From contig JBBQZX010000028.1 in NCBI GenBank assembly GCA_038207335.1, positions 1 through 64,000 of the forward strand: a DNA stretch of 64,000 nt. The letters are read 5' to 3'. How positions within the stretch are numbered: the first letter of the stretch is position 1; each line of letters opens with the position of its first letter. The stretch is from Chthoniobacterales bacterium. GTDB lineage: Bacteria; Verrucomicrobiota; Verrucomicrobiia; Chthoniobacterales; Chthoniobacteraceae. A program made the translations under genes and the position numbers. Of the stretch, positions 49,501 through 60,298 are shown piece by piece. The notes below the pieces were generated by a model. It ran no database searches. It worked only from the letters and a program-made list of their open reading frames with translations, and was not told the origin of the DNA.

Positions 49501-52500
49501 GAACGAACACCTTCGCAATCCCTGGCGCGCTGACGATCAACAACTCGATCGTGACCCTCGCCACCGGAGGGCAGATTAAGAATAACATCCCGCTCACGAT
49601 CAACGGCGGCGGCACCCTCAATCTCTCGAACACCGCGGGCGATAACCTGGCACTCACCGGACTGATCTTTGGCAACAGCGGCGGCGGCACCCCGCAGATC
49701 ACCGCTCCTTCCGCCACTACCGCCGGGACGGTGACGAAAGTAACGCTCGCGGGCAACATTACCTCGGTGAATGACAACCCCGCCGCGACGCCGACCATCC
49801 AGGGGACGATCGCCAACACGCAAATCCAGCTCGACTTCGTCGATAACACGACGACGCGCACGATCGATGTCTCGGGCCTCTCGCCCATCGGACTCGTCAT
49901 CAATGCACCCATCCTCAATGGCAAGCTGCTCAAGACCGGATCTGGAATGCTCTTGCTGAATCAGCCGAGCGGCACGGGAGCCGTCACCAGCAGTTACTCC
50001 GGCGGCTTGCAGATCGATGCCGGCGTTGTCCGCATCGATAACATCGGCGCGCTCAGCACGAATCCGAATGCCGTCCTCATCGGCACCGGTGCGGCGCTGC
50101 TGATGAACTCCACAACAGCCGTGCCTTCTACCGTGACGCTCGCGCTCAACTCCGGCTCGCTGCTCGCGATGAACAGCATGACCTTCAATGGCGCGGTGAG
50201 CATCGCCGGGAGCTCCACGATTTCTCTCAGCGACTACAACGTCGCCAGCACTGCACGCAGCGTCACGCTCAACGGCCAGGCCACCGGCAACGGCTCGATC
50301 AATGTCCCGGCGAGCCCCGTCAGCGGACAAAACGGCACGTTGCTCCTGACCAACAACACGAACAGCCTCTCCGGTGCGATCACCCTCCAGCGCAATGCCA
50401 TCCTGACTTCGCAAAGCACCACCGGCGACGGCAACACCCTGGGCACCGCGTCGATCGCGATGCTCGGCGGCACCCTGAACCTGCGCGACAACGGTACGGC
50501 GAGCAACATCACGCTCCCCGCCTACGGCAACAACCTCGCCGTCAGCGGCAACTCCGTCCTGAACGTCAACCGCGTCAACGGCGCCAACATCAGCAACATT
50601 TACGCGCTCGGCACCCTCGGCCTCAACAACGCCGCGCTCACCGTCTCCGGCGGCAGCGGCTACACTGTCGCCTTCGGCACGACCACCCTCACCGGCACGG
50701 CGACCATCAACAACTCCGTCCCCGTCAGCCTCCCTGCAGTGACCGGCACCGGCAACCTCGTCAAGAGCGACACCGCCACCCTCAATGTCACCGCTCCATC
50801 CTCCGCCTTCACCGGTGGCACGACGGTCACCGCCGGAACCCTGCGCGTCGCACCGAGCGGCGGCGGTGCCGGCCTCGGCACGGGCGCGCTCGTCATCGCT
50901 GGCGGCGCGACGCTGCAATCCGACCCGACCACCGGCATCGTCTCCTACAATCCCTCCTCGATCCTGAACGACGGAATCTTGCAGGTGAAAAGCGGCATCA
51001 CCAACCTCGGTTCCGCCTTCATCAATGCGACACCGGCTCTGACGGGCTCCCAGCCGTTCTCCGCGTTCACCGAATTATTCTCCAAGCCCTCCGACGTCGG
51101 CGTCGCGAACTTCGACTCGGCCGCCACGGGCGATCCCTTCATCACGCTCGAAAACAGCAACACGTTCCTCACTCCGAACCCTGGCCCCGGCTTCGCTGGC
51201 CCCGGAGTCTCCGGCGGAGTTCCGCTGAACTTCAACCAGGACAACTTCATCACTCGCTCGTCGAATTACTTCCCCGGCACGACCGAGCAGGCCGCCGCCT
51301 ACCGGGGCACGATCACGATCGGCGGGAGCGTGCCCGCGGGGCCGGTCAGCTTCGGCACCGCCAGCGACGACGGCAGCACTCTTTACGTGGATCTCAATGG
51401 CGACCACGTCTTCACCAGCAATGAGCGTGTCGTCAGCAACTTCGGCCCCCACGCCGTCGTGCAGCAGACTGGCACTGTCAACCTTGCCGCCGGCACATAC
51501 GACATCGCCGTCGCCATGTATCAGGGAGGCGGGGGTGGCAGCATTCAGGCGACCTTCAATGTGGGGTCGAACATCCCTTTCGGTGGCCAATACACCATCA
51601 CCCCGGGAGGCTCGCTCGGCTCGCTCTCGCGGATTCAGATCGATGCCAACTCGCAACTCATCGCCGGGGGCTTCAGTACCGGAACGCTCGCATTGAACTC
51701 CAACGCGATCCTCACCCTTCCCGACGCCGGAAGCGCCGTCGCGAGTTCCGCCACCACCCTTAGCGCCACCTCGGGCGTGACCGTGAGCCTCGGCGCAAAC
51801 CACAACCTCGTCGTGGAATCCCTGAGCGCCGCGATCAGTGGCACGCTCGTCAAGGAAGGCGCGGGCACGCTGACCGTCTCGAACAGTTTCCAGTTCAATG
51901 CCGGGCGGCAGCTTCGCATCGACGAGGGGACAGTCCTCATCAATGGCACCGCGAGCCCCGGTTCTACCGGCACCTTCCTCGTCAACTCCGGCGGCACCCT
52001 CGGCGGCACCGGCGACCTCGGCGGCGCGATCGTCACGGTCAATTCCGGCGGCAGCCTCTCCCCCGGCAACGGCTCCGGCACCCTCGCCATCGCCGGAGAT
52101 GTCACCTTGAACGCGGGCGCCAAATACGTCGCTGAACTCGGCGGCAGCACGCCCGGCGACGGCACCGGCTTCTACGACCAGACCCTCGTCGGCGGGACCC
52201 TTTTGTTCGACCAGGCCGAGCTCAAAATCTCCAACTTCGGCAGCTACACCCCGAGTTTTGGCAGCGTTTTTTACATCCTCGTCGCCAATGGCGGCAGCTT
52301 CGGCCAGTTCGCCGGTCTCGGCGAAGGTGCGACCTTTACCAGCACCGATGGCTCGCTCACCGGACTCATCACCTACCAGGCAAACTGGGCTGGCGACCAG
52401 AGCATGAGCTCGATCACCGGCGGCAACGACGTCGCGCTCTACCAAGTCGTACCTGAGCCGAACATCGCCGCGCTCCTATTCACCGGCCTCGTCGGAGTTC

Positions 52501-52529
52501 TCGCCCGCCGCCGTCGCCGGGTTGCCTGA
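43595..52529 (+). CDS. Giant (~2970 aa) surface protein with autotransporter-associated beta-strand repeats, a PA14-like domain and a PEP-CTERM sorting signal; one frameshift near 44685
   Basis: Signal peptide and repeated K.G.GTL.L.G.NTY.GGT motifs. FGTASDDGSTLYVD..YQGGGG is PA14-like, and it ends VPEP-TM-RRRRR. ORFs 43550..44758 and 44724..52529 join as FVT/GNLARNTGATLVLQG. Confidence 0.85.
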
Positions 52530-53070
52530 GAAATCGCCGCGCGGTGAGCGGTGGATTACGGGAGGAGGCGAGTGGACGATGAGTTTTGAATTTTTGTCTG
52601 TTCTCGGGCGATTGTCGGCGATGGGCGGAGGGGCGGGAATGATGCCTTTTGCGCTATCGATAATGCTTTTTGGTTAGATGACAGTGCTCGGAGCACTATC
52701 GATGAACGGAATCTTGTAGTTGATTGTGCTTTTTGGATCATTCCCGACAAACGTCTCTTTGAGGAGGGTGGTCGGAGGAGTGGAGATGTGGCTTTTTGAT
52801 CTCTCCGAGAGGCGCTGGTGGCGGATATGCGCGATTTTAACCAGGGCAGTAAGCGTGACGAAGGGCGAAGGGCGGGTGGTCTTGGCCGGTTGATTGCGGA
52901 GCAAAATTCGGCGTCACCGAAAGTTGATCCGCCCGCTTGCGCCGTTGCCCAGAGCGCTTCGCAACCTTTGAATGTCAGTGGACATTGAAATGAGGCATTG
53001 ACACCGCCTTTTCTATGGCTCCAATCCCGTCCCTCAGTTGCTGCCTCACCATCCTGTCCGAACCTCCTCT

Positions 53071-53856
53071 ATGAATAAATCTCTCCTCCTCGGTCTCTGC
53101 GCGGCGACCGCCCTCTCGGCCACTCTCGCGACTTCGCACGCCTCGCTGCTGGCTTACGATCCTTTCCTCTATCCCGACGCGGACTCACTCACGGGGAAGA
53201 ATGGCGGCACGGGCTTCAGCGGCGCTTACTTAGTGAGCGGCAGCGGTCTGACGATCTCCAGCCCCGGCTACACTTACACGGATTCCAATGGCGTCTCGCT
53301 GCCAGTCGCGGGCAACCGGATCACTCTCCCCGGCGGCAATGGAGGCGAATTCCGCCTCCTGACCGACTCGCCGGATGCCGTGGGCACGACGCTGTATCTG
53401 AGCTTTTTCATGCAGTTTTCCGGTACGACCAGCTACGGCGGAGTGTCGCTGTTTGAGAATGCGGCGGAGAATCTTTTCCTCGGCCATCCGAGTGCTCAGC
53501 CGAACTTTGGAATCGACACGAAAAACTCTTTGGTGGTGAGCAGTGCCTCGCCGGCCACGACGCTTTCGCTTTTGGTCTATCGCGTCGATTTTCTAGCCTC
53601 CTCTGCGAATATTCGCCTCTATGTCAACCCAACGCTAGGTCTCGAGCCTGTGACGGCTTCGGCGTCGGTGACGAAACCAGCGGCGTTTACTTACGATCGT
53701 ATCCGCATCCAATCCAACGACGTGGGCACTGTGGACGAACTGCGTATCGGCACGACGTACGCGGATGTGGCACCCGTGCCGGAGCCCTCCTCACTGGCGC
53801 TCGGGGCACTCAGCGGCGTGGGGATCCTGGGCATGCTGCGGCGTCGGCGTCGCTGA
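53071..53856 (+). CDS. PEP-CTERM sorting domain protein
   Basis: Signal peptide and DELRIGTTYADVAPVPEPSSLALGAL..RRRRR. Confidence 0.92.
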   Translation: MNKSLLLGLCAATALSATLATSHASLLAYDPFLYPDADSLTGKNGGTGFSGAYLVSGSGLTISSPGYTYTDSNGVSLPVAGNRITLPGGNGGEFRLLTDSPDAVGTTLYLSFFMQFSGTTSYGGVSLFENAAENLFLGHPSAQPNFGIDTKNSLVVSSASPATTLSLLVYRVDFLASSANIRLYVNPTLGLEPVTASASVTKPAAFTYDRIRIQSNDVGTVDELRIGTTYADVAPVPEPSSLALGALSGVGILGMLRRRRR

Positions 53857-54040
53857 AGAGGAGCCAGAGGGCTAGGGAAATCGCTCCGCAAATTTCCTGA
53901 CAGCGACTTGTGCTGCGGCGCCCGGCGTGACGGGCAGCATTGGCGGATGGACGGGCGTCAGGAATGATTTTCGAGGCAAAAATGGCGCGGGATCACGGTT
54001 TGGATTTGCGTTGAGAGGGGGTGCGGGGTGACAGATAGGG

Positions 54041-56590
54041 ATGATTTTTCCCCGAATCCCTCTCTCCCGTCTCCCTCTCCGCTCGATGCGGCTCGCTGGT
54101 GCTGTAGCTCTGGTGCTGGCTGGCGCGCCTTTTGTGCATGCGCTGAATACTGGGAATGCGGGTCCGGAGCAGGTGGAGATTAAATTCAAGCTACCGCCAC
54201 CGGCGCCGCTGACGCCGGAGGAGGAGTTGGCGACTTTTAAGATCGCGCCGGGCTTTCATGCGGAGCTGGTGGCGGCGGAGCCGATGGTGAATACGCCGGT
54301 GTCGGTGAGCTGGGATGAGAAGGGGCGGATGTTTGTGTGCGAGATGGTGGGGTACATGCACGATGTGGAGGGGGCGGGGGAGGATACGCCGACGGGGCGG
54401 ATCGTGGTGCTGGAGGATACGGATGGGGATGGGAAGATGGATAAGCGGACGGTTTTCGCGGATGGGCTGGTGCTGCCGCGCGCGGTGATGTGCATGAATG
54501 GGGGGGCGCTGGTGGCGGAGCCGCCGATGCTGTGGTTCATGAAGGACACGAACGGCGACGGGAAGGCGGATGTGAAGGAGGTGATGGATGAGCACTATGG
54601 AACGCGGGGGGGGCAACCGGAACACATGTCGAATTCGCCGACGTGGATGCTGGATAACTGGATCATGTCGGCGAATCACCCTGTGCGGTATCGGCTGAAG
54701 GATGGAAAGCTGGTGCAGGCGGGGGGAAATTCGCCGGGGCAGTGGGGGATGACGCAGGATGATTACGGGCGTCCGTTTTACAATTTCAACTCGGACTTTC
54801 TGCGGGCGAATCTGGTGCCGGAGGCGCTGGCGAAGCGGAATCCGAATTACCCGCCGATGGCGGGGCTGGGCGTGCAGGTGATGAAGGATCAGGCGGTGTG
54901 GCCATCGCATCCGACGCCGGGGGTGAATCGGGGGTACGAGCCGAAGCAATTGCGGGCGGATGGGACGCTGGCGACTTGCACTGCGACATGCGGGGCGGCG
55001 ATTTATCGGGGGGGGCTTTTCGGGAAGGAGTATGAGGGGAATGCGTTCATCCCGGAGCCGTCGGGGAATCTGGTGAAGCGGCTGATTATTTCTGAAAAAG
55101 GGGCGGTGCTGTCGGCGAAGAATGCGACGGATGGGACGGAGTTCTGGACTTCGACGGATGAGCGTTTTCGCCCCTGCAATGCTTACTCGGGGCCGGATGG
55201 GGCGCTGTATGTGGTGGATATGTATCGGGGAGTGGTGCAGCACAAGGGCTTCCTGACCCATTACCTGATCGCGAATATCAAGGATCGGAATCTGGAGCAG
55301 CCGGTGGATCGGGGTCGCATCTGGCGGATCGTGCCGGATGGCAAGAAGCCGTCGCTTGTGAAGCTGCCGCTCGTAGGGCCGCAGCTCGTGAATTTTCTCG
55401 CGAGCCCGAATGGATGGGCGCGGGATACCTCGCAGCGTCTGCTGGTGGAGAAGAAGGATGTGGCGCTCGCGTCGGCGATCACGAAAATGGCGTGGGATGG
55501 GCCGACGCCGCTGGCGAAAATTCACGCGTTGTGGACGCTGGAGGGAATGGGCGCGCTGACGCCGGAGGTGATCGCTAAGGACTTGCAATCGCCGGATGAA
55601 AAGGTGCGCGCGACTGCGGTGCGGCTGGCGGATCGCACGATGGCGCCGACGCTGATGAAGATGACGGGCGACGCGAGCGTGGATGTGAAGATCGCGCTGG
55701 CATTCAATCTCAGCGAGCTGCCCGAGGCGCAGGAGGCTGTGGCAGATTTGGCGCGGCGCGCGGGGAACGATTCGCTGGTGCGCGAGGCGCTGATGTCGGG
55801 CTTGCGCGGGCGTGAGTTGGAGGTGCTGGAGGCGCTGCTCGCGGCGAAGGCCAAGCCCGCTCCGCCGGAGATCCTGGCGGCATTGGCGCAGTCGGTGCTA
55901 GCGGAGCGCCGCGGTGTGAGGGTGAAAAAGCTGATCGCGGATATTGCGTCGGAGCCGGCGAATTCGCCCGCGCAACTCGCGCTGCTGGAAGGCGCGTCGG
56001 GAAAGGCGTCGGGGAGCAAGGCGAAGCCGAAGCTGCTCTATCTCGACAGCGAATCGCCCGAGTTGGCGAAGCTCGCGACGGCGGCGAATCCAAAGGCGAA
56101 GTCGCTGGTCGCGGCGCTCGATGCGCGCGTGGCGTGGGCGGGTAAGCCGGGGGTGCCGCCGCCGCCGGTGGTGAAGCCGCTGACGGCCGCGGAGCAGGCG
56201 CTTTATGAGAAAGGCAAGGTGGTTTACTCGACGCTCTGCACGGCGTGTCATCAGCCGACGGGCACGGGCATGGATGGACTTGCACCCGCGCTGGTGGACA
56301 GCGATTGGGTGCTCGGAAAGCCCGAGATTTTACCCCGGATTGTGCTGCACGGGCTGAGCGGGCCGATCAAGGTGAATGGGCAATCGTGGAGTCTCGAGAT
56401 GCCGCCGCTCGGCGCGGCACTGACCGATGAGCAGATCGCGGGGGTGCTGACTTACATCCGGCGCGAGTGGGAGCACACGGCGTCGGCGGTGAGCGTGGAG
56501 ACGGTGGCAAAGCTGCGCGCGGAGAACAAAGATCGCACGAAGGCGTGGACGGCGGAGGAGGTCGCCGCTCTGAACAAGGCGAAGAAATAA
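54041..56590 (+). CDS. PVC-type membrane-bound dehydrogenase domain protein (beta-propeller, HEAT repeats, C-terminal cytochrome c)
   Basis: FHAELVAAEP..WDEKGRMFV, EDTDGDGKMD, STDERFRP..GPDGALYVVDMYR, HALWTLEG and CTACH..MPP. Confidence 0.88.
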   Translation: MIFPRIPLSRLPLRSMRLAGAVALVLAGAPFVHALNTGNAGPEQVEIKFKLPPPAPLTPEEELATFKIAPGFHAELVAAEPMVNTPVSVSWDEKGRMFVCEMVGYMHDVEGAGEDTPTGRIVVLEDTDGDGKMDKRTVFADGLVLPRAVMCMNGGALVAEPPMLWFMKDTNGDGKADVKEVMDEHYGTRGGQPEHMSNSPTWMLDNWIMSANHPVRYRLKDGKLVQAGGNSPGQWGMTQDDYGRPFYNFNSDFLRANLVPEALAKRNPNYPPMAGLGVQVMKDQAVWPSHPTPGVNRGYEPKQLRADGTLATCTATCGAAIYRGGLFGKEYEGNAFIPEPSGNLVKRLIISEKGAVLSAKNATDGTEFWTSTDERFRPCNAYSGPDGALYVVDMYRGVVQHKGFLTHYLIANIKDRNLEQPVDRGRIWRIVPDGKKPSLVKLPLVGPQLVNFLASPNGWARDTSQRLLVEKKDVALASAITKMAWDGPTPLAKIHALWTLEGMGALTPEVIAKDLQSPDEKVRATAVRLADRTMAPTLMKMTGDASVDVKIALAFNLSELPEAQEAVADLARRAGNDSLVREALMSGLRGRELEVLEALLAAKAKPAPPEILAALAQSVLAERRGVRVKKLIADIASEPANSPAQLALLEGASGKASGSKAKPKLLYLDSESPELAKLATAANPKAKSLVAALDARVAWAGKPGVPPPPVVKPLTAAEQALYEKGKVVYSTLCTACHQPTGTGMDGLAPALVDSDWVLGKPEILPRIVLHGLSGPIKVNGQSWSLEMPPLGAALTDEQIAGVLTYIRREWEHTASAVSVETVAKLRAENKDRTKAWTAEEVAALNKAKK

Positions 56591-56596
56591 AATCAT

Positions 56597-56637
56597 CCGC
56601 GCGCCCGGCTGCACGCCGCGGTGCGCGGTTTCTTTTT
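56597..56637 (+). terminator. Probable rho-independent terminator
   Basis: CCGCGCGCC..GGTGCGCGG stem followed by TTTCTTTTT. Confidence 0.6.
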
Positions 56638-56663
56638 GCACGCCAGCGGCGCGGCCATTAGTT

Positions 56664-57491
56664 TTGTCGGCAGTGAATCGAAAACCCCTTGAGATCGGTG
56701 CCTGCACGCTTGGCGGAGCGGCACCGCTGTTTATTTTGGGGCCGTGCGTGATCGAGTCGGAGGAGTTCGTCTGGCGGATGGCGCGGCAGCTCAAGACGAT
56801 GTGCGCGGAGATGGGCGCGCAGTTCGTTTTTAAGGCGTCGTATGACAAGGCGAACCGCACGTCGGTGAAGTCGTTCCGCGGCATGGGTGTCCGAGCGGGT
56901 TGCGAGCTGCTCGCGGTGATCGGAAAGGAACTCGGCGTGCCGGTGACGACCGATGTGCATTCGCCTGAGGAGGCTTTGGTCGCGGGGGAGTTCATCGACA
57001 TTTTGCAAATCCCGGCATTTCTCTGCCGGCAGACCGATCTCATCCAAGCCGCGTCGGAAACGGGTCGCGTGGTGAATGTGAAAAAGGGGCAGTTTCTCGC
57101 GCCGTGGGATGTGAAAAATATTGCGGACAAGGTGATCGCGTTCGGCAACGAGCGATTCTTTTTCACCGAGCGAGGCACGACTTTTGGCTACAACAATCTC
57201 GTCGCAGACATGCGCTCGCTGTTCTGGATTCGCGAGGCTGGCTTCCATGTGGTCTTCGATGCCACGCATTCCGTGCAGCGCCCAGGCGGGGCAGGGGACA
57301 AGACTGGTGGCGACGGCATCCTCGCGCCCGTCCTCGCGCGCGCCGCGGTGGCTGCGGGGTGCGATGGGGTGTTCATCGAGACTCACGAAAATCCCAGCGA
57401 GGCGCTCTCCGATGGACCGAATCAAGTGCCGCTCTCCGAGCTTCCAGCATTGCTCCAACAACTCACCAAAATTCATGCACTGCTCGCTTAA
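56664..57491 (+). CDS. kdsA: 3-deoxy-8-phosphooctulonate (KDO8P) synthase
   Basis: GPCVIES, FKASYDKANRTS, QIPAFLCRQTDL, KKGQF, ERG, DATHSVQ and SDGP. Confidence 0.97.
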   Translation: MSAVNRKPLEIGACTLGGAAPLFILGPCVIESEEFVWRMARQLKTMCAEMGAQFVFKASYDKANRTSVKSFRGMGVRAGCELLAVIGKELGVPVTTDVHSPEEALVAGEFIDILQIPAFLCRQTDLIQAASETGRVVNVKKGQFLAPWDVKNIADKVIAFGNERFFFTERGTTFGYNNLVADMRSLFWIREAGFHVVFDATHSVQRPGGAGDKTGGDGILAPVLARAAVAAGCDGVFIETHENPSEALSDGPNQVPLSELPALLQQLTKIHALLA

Positions 57492-58077
57492 GTCAGTCAT
57501 CTTCGCGCTCTGCCTCGCGCTCGCGACAGTCGGAGCTTTTGCAAAGGACAAGACGAAGTCCGACAAGCCGAAAGACTCGTCGGAAAAAAAGGGCGACGAC
57601 AAGAAGAAGGGTGACAAAAAGAAGGGCAAAGACTCGGACTCCAAAGACGACAAGCCCGCGGATGGAACGCCTGGCAAGATGTCGATACCGATGGTCGAGA
57701 ACCAGCCGTCGAAAGGCGTGAAGATTCCTTACTTCGGGCCGGATGGTAAGCTGCAGATGAGCTTCAACATCGTGCTCGCGACAAAGACCGATCCAGACCA
57801 CATGCGAATGCAGCAGGCGCAGGTCGAGACCTTTACCGAAGACGGTGCCAGCGAGATGGTAATCGACCTGCCGGAGTCGGTGCTCGATCTCAACACCCGC
57901 GTCATCACGACCAACAAGCATGTGATGATCAAGAGGTCCGACTTTCAGATCGAAGGACAGACGATGGAATTCAACACGGAAACCAAACAAGGCACGCTCG
58001 GCGGACACGTCCGAATGCTCATCTACAACCTGAATGAAGAAGACAATGCAAAGCCCGAACCCAAGACCGATGAGTAA
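57475..58077 (+). CDS. lptC: LptC-like LPS export protein with a Lys/Asp-rich linker
   Basis: Lies between kdsA and lptA. It has an N-terminal hydrophobic segment and a beta-jellyroll-like C-terminus. Confidence 0.6.
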   Translation: MHCSLKSVIFALCLALATVGAFAKDKTKSDKPKDSSEKKGDDKKKGDKKKGKDSDSKDDKPADGTPGKMSIPMVENQPSKGVKIPYFGPDGKLQMSFNIVLATKTDPDHMRMQQAQVETFTEDGASEMVIDLPESVLDLNTRVITTNKHVMIKRSDFQIEGQTMEFNTETKQGTLGGHVRMLIYNLNEEDNAKPEPKTDE

Positions 58078-58852
58078 CCTTTCCCTCCCCGCCATCGCGT
58101 TTTTGGCGGTGCTTTCTGGAAGCGTAGCGGCCCAGGATATTTCAAAGCCGCTCACGCAAGGCGAACTGCTCAAGACGATCGACTCGATCGGCATCGGCGA
58201 TCCGCTGAAGACTGCTCCGCTGAGTATCGACGACGACAAGAAGCCGGACGCGCCTCCCGCGAAGAAGGAGAAGGGGCCGACCGAAATCACCGCGCTGGAA
58301 GCCTCGTTCGATAACAAGGAGCACAAGGCGATCTTCATCGGCGATGTCGTGGTCAATGACCCGGAGTTCAACGTGAAATGCGACAAGCTCACCGCTTTCT
58401 TGAAGCACGACGACAAGCCTGAACCGGTGAAGGCGGCAGTGACTCCCGGCGTCAAGGCGGCGACTACGCCGGTGAAGAAGCCTGCGACGCCTGCGCCGGG
58501 AAAGAAGCCCGGCCCGAATGATCCGCCGAGCAAAGGTGGCGGTGGACTCGAGAAGGCAATCGCGGAGATGAAACCCGGCGGGCAAGTGCTGATCACTCAA
58601 GACAAAGTCGAAGCCGACGGAACCGTGAGCCATAACATAGGACGCGGACGGAAAGCTGTGTATGACGCCATTACGGGCGACATCACGCTGACGGGGATGC
58701 CCACGGTGCAGCAGGGGATCAATACTTGCATCGCGCTGCAAGAGGACACCGTGATGGTGCTGAACCGGGAGGGCCGGATGCATGTGACTGGCCCGCACAA
58801 GACGATCATCAAGGACACAAACTCGGCCGATTCCAAGACCACGCCCAAGTGA
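58070..58852 (+). CDS. lptA: LptA/OstA family LPS transport periplasmic protein
   Basis: TEITA..AIFIGDVVV..CDKLTAFL..KAVYD..GDITLTGMPTVQQG, and it lies upstream of lptB. Confidence 0.75.
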   Translation: MSNLSLPAIAFLAVLSGSVAAQDISKPLTQGELLKTIDSIGIGDPLKTAPLSIDDDKKPDAPPAKKEKGPTEITALEASFDNKEHKAIFIGDVVVNDPEFNVKCDKLTAFLKHDDKPEPVKAAVTPGVKAATTPVKKPATPAPGKKPGPNDPPSKGGGGLEKAIAEMKPGGQVLITQDKVEADGTVSHNIGRGRKAVYDAITGDITLTGMPTVQQGINTCIALQEDTVMVLNREGRMHVTGPHKTIIKDTNSADSKTTPK

Positions 58853-59613
58853 TTACTCCTGACGTTCCACCTCCCGCGGATGGCCAAGTAAAGCCAATCC
58901 TGCGGACTGAAAAGCTGGTCAAGATTTACGGTGGGCGAGCCGTGGTCAACGGAATCGACATCAATCTCAAACGTGGGGAGATTGTAGGTCTTTTGGGGCC
59001 CAACGGCGCGGGCAAGACGACCAGCTTCTACATGATCGTAGGCTTGGTGCGACCGAATGGTGGACGCGTTTTTTTTGAAGACAAGGACGTGACCGACTAC
59101 GCGATGTTCAAGCGGGCGCGGATGGGAATGGGATACCTGCCGCAGGAGGAGTCGATCTTTCGCAAACTCACCGTCGAGGAGAACCTGCTCGCGATCCTGG
59201 AAATGCAGCCGCTTTCAAAGAAGGAACGCAAGGCGCGGTGCGAAGAGCTGCTAACACAATTCGGCATCGATCATGTCGGAAAGCAACTGGCTCTGACTCT
59301 CTCCGGTGGTGAGAAACGGCGGCTAACGATCGCGCGCTCGTTAGTCAGCAAACCTAGCTTGCTGATGTTGGATGAGCCTTTTAGCGGCGTCGATCCGATC
59401 GCGGTGTATGATGTGCAGCAGATCATCCAAAATCTGCGCGACATGGGGCTCGGGATTCTCATCACCGACCACAATGTCCGGGAGACACTCTCCATCGTCG
59501 ATCGCGCCTACCTCATCTTCGAGGGGCGAGTGGAGACTCAGGGGACCAAAGATTTCTTGATCAACGATCCTGTCGCAAGACGCATCTATCTCGGCGAAGG
59601 CTTTCAGATGTAA
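58849..59613 (+). CDS. lptB: LPS export ABC transporter ATPase
   Basis: GLLGPNGAGKTT, YLPQE, LSGGEKRR, LDEPFSGVDP and ITDHNVRETL. Confidence 0.97.
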   Translation: MITPDVPPPADGQVKPILRTEKLVKIYGGRAVVNGIDINLKRGEIVGLLGPNGAGKTTSFYMIVGLVRPNGGRVFFEDKDVTDYAMFKRARMGMGYLPQEESIFRKLTVEENLLAILEMQPLSKKERKARCEELLTQFGIDHVGKQLALTLSGGEKRRLTIARSLVSKPSLLMLDEPFSGVDPIAVYDVQQIIQNLRDMGLGILITDHNVRETLSIVDRAYLIFEGRVETQGTKDFLINDPVARRIYLGEGFQM

Positions 59614-59646
59614 CCAGGAACCAAAAACAGAAAGAACCAAAGCACC

Positions 59647-60225
59647 ATGCAAACTGCAAACGTCAATGTTCCCATCACAGTCACCGGCCGGCATCTCAGC
59701 ATCACGGAGGCGATCAAGAGCTATGCGACCAACAAGCTGGAGCATCTGCATTTAGACTACCCGCGCATCATTGAGGCGCAGGTGATTTTGAATGTGGAAA
59801 AGCACAGGCATCACGCGGAGATCATCCTGCACTGCACGAATCACATCACGATCGAGGCGGGGCACGAGACGGATGACATGTATGCCTCGATCGACGGGGT
59901 CGTGGCGAAGATTGGGCAGCAGATGCGGAAGTACAAGACGAAGATTATGCGGTCGCATCGGCCGCGGCGGCATGAGGTGCAGCACTTTGAGGAGCAAGTG
60001 CTGGATGTCAGCGGCTTCGAGGAGCATGAGGAGGGCGTCGAGCCGCAAGTCATCCAGACGGAGAAGTATCCGGTGAAGCCAATGTTCGTGGACGAAGCAG
60101 TGCTGCAACTCGAGATGTCGAACCGGCAGTTCGTGGTGTTTCTCAATGCGAAGACGGAGAAGATCAACGTGCTTCATCGGCGGAAGGATGGCGGGTTTGG
60201 CCTGATGGAGCCGACGTTTTCGTAG
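59647..60225 (+). CDS. hpf: Ribosome hibernation promoting factor, long form
   Basis: ITVTGRH..DMYASID..QMRKYK plus the C-terminal KPMFVDEAVLQL..FVVFLN..RRKDGGFGLMEP. Confidence 0.93.
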   Translation: MQTANVNVPITVTGRHLSITEAIKSYATNKLEHLHLDYPRIIEAQVILNVEKHRHHAEIILHCTNHITIEAGHETDDMYASIDGVVAKIGQQMRKYKTKIMRSHRPRRHEVQHFEEQVLDVSGFEEHEEGVEPQVIQTEKYPVKPMFVDEAVLQLEMSNRQFVVFLNAKTEKINVLHRRKDGGFGLMEPTFS

Positions 60226-60298
60226 GCAATAGAGGGAATGGGAGCGACGCTCATCTTCGCTCGACACCCGCCGCCGCCGGCGCTTGCATCGGCAGACC

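Noticed and set aside
59613..59647. Missing rpoN between lptB and hpf
   Set aside because: The lptB-rpoN-hpf order is typical of Proteobacteria but not universal, and the 33-bp gap shows no scar.
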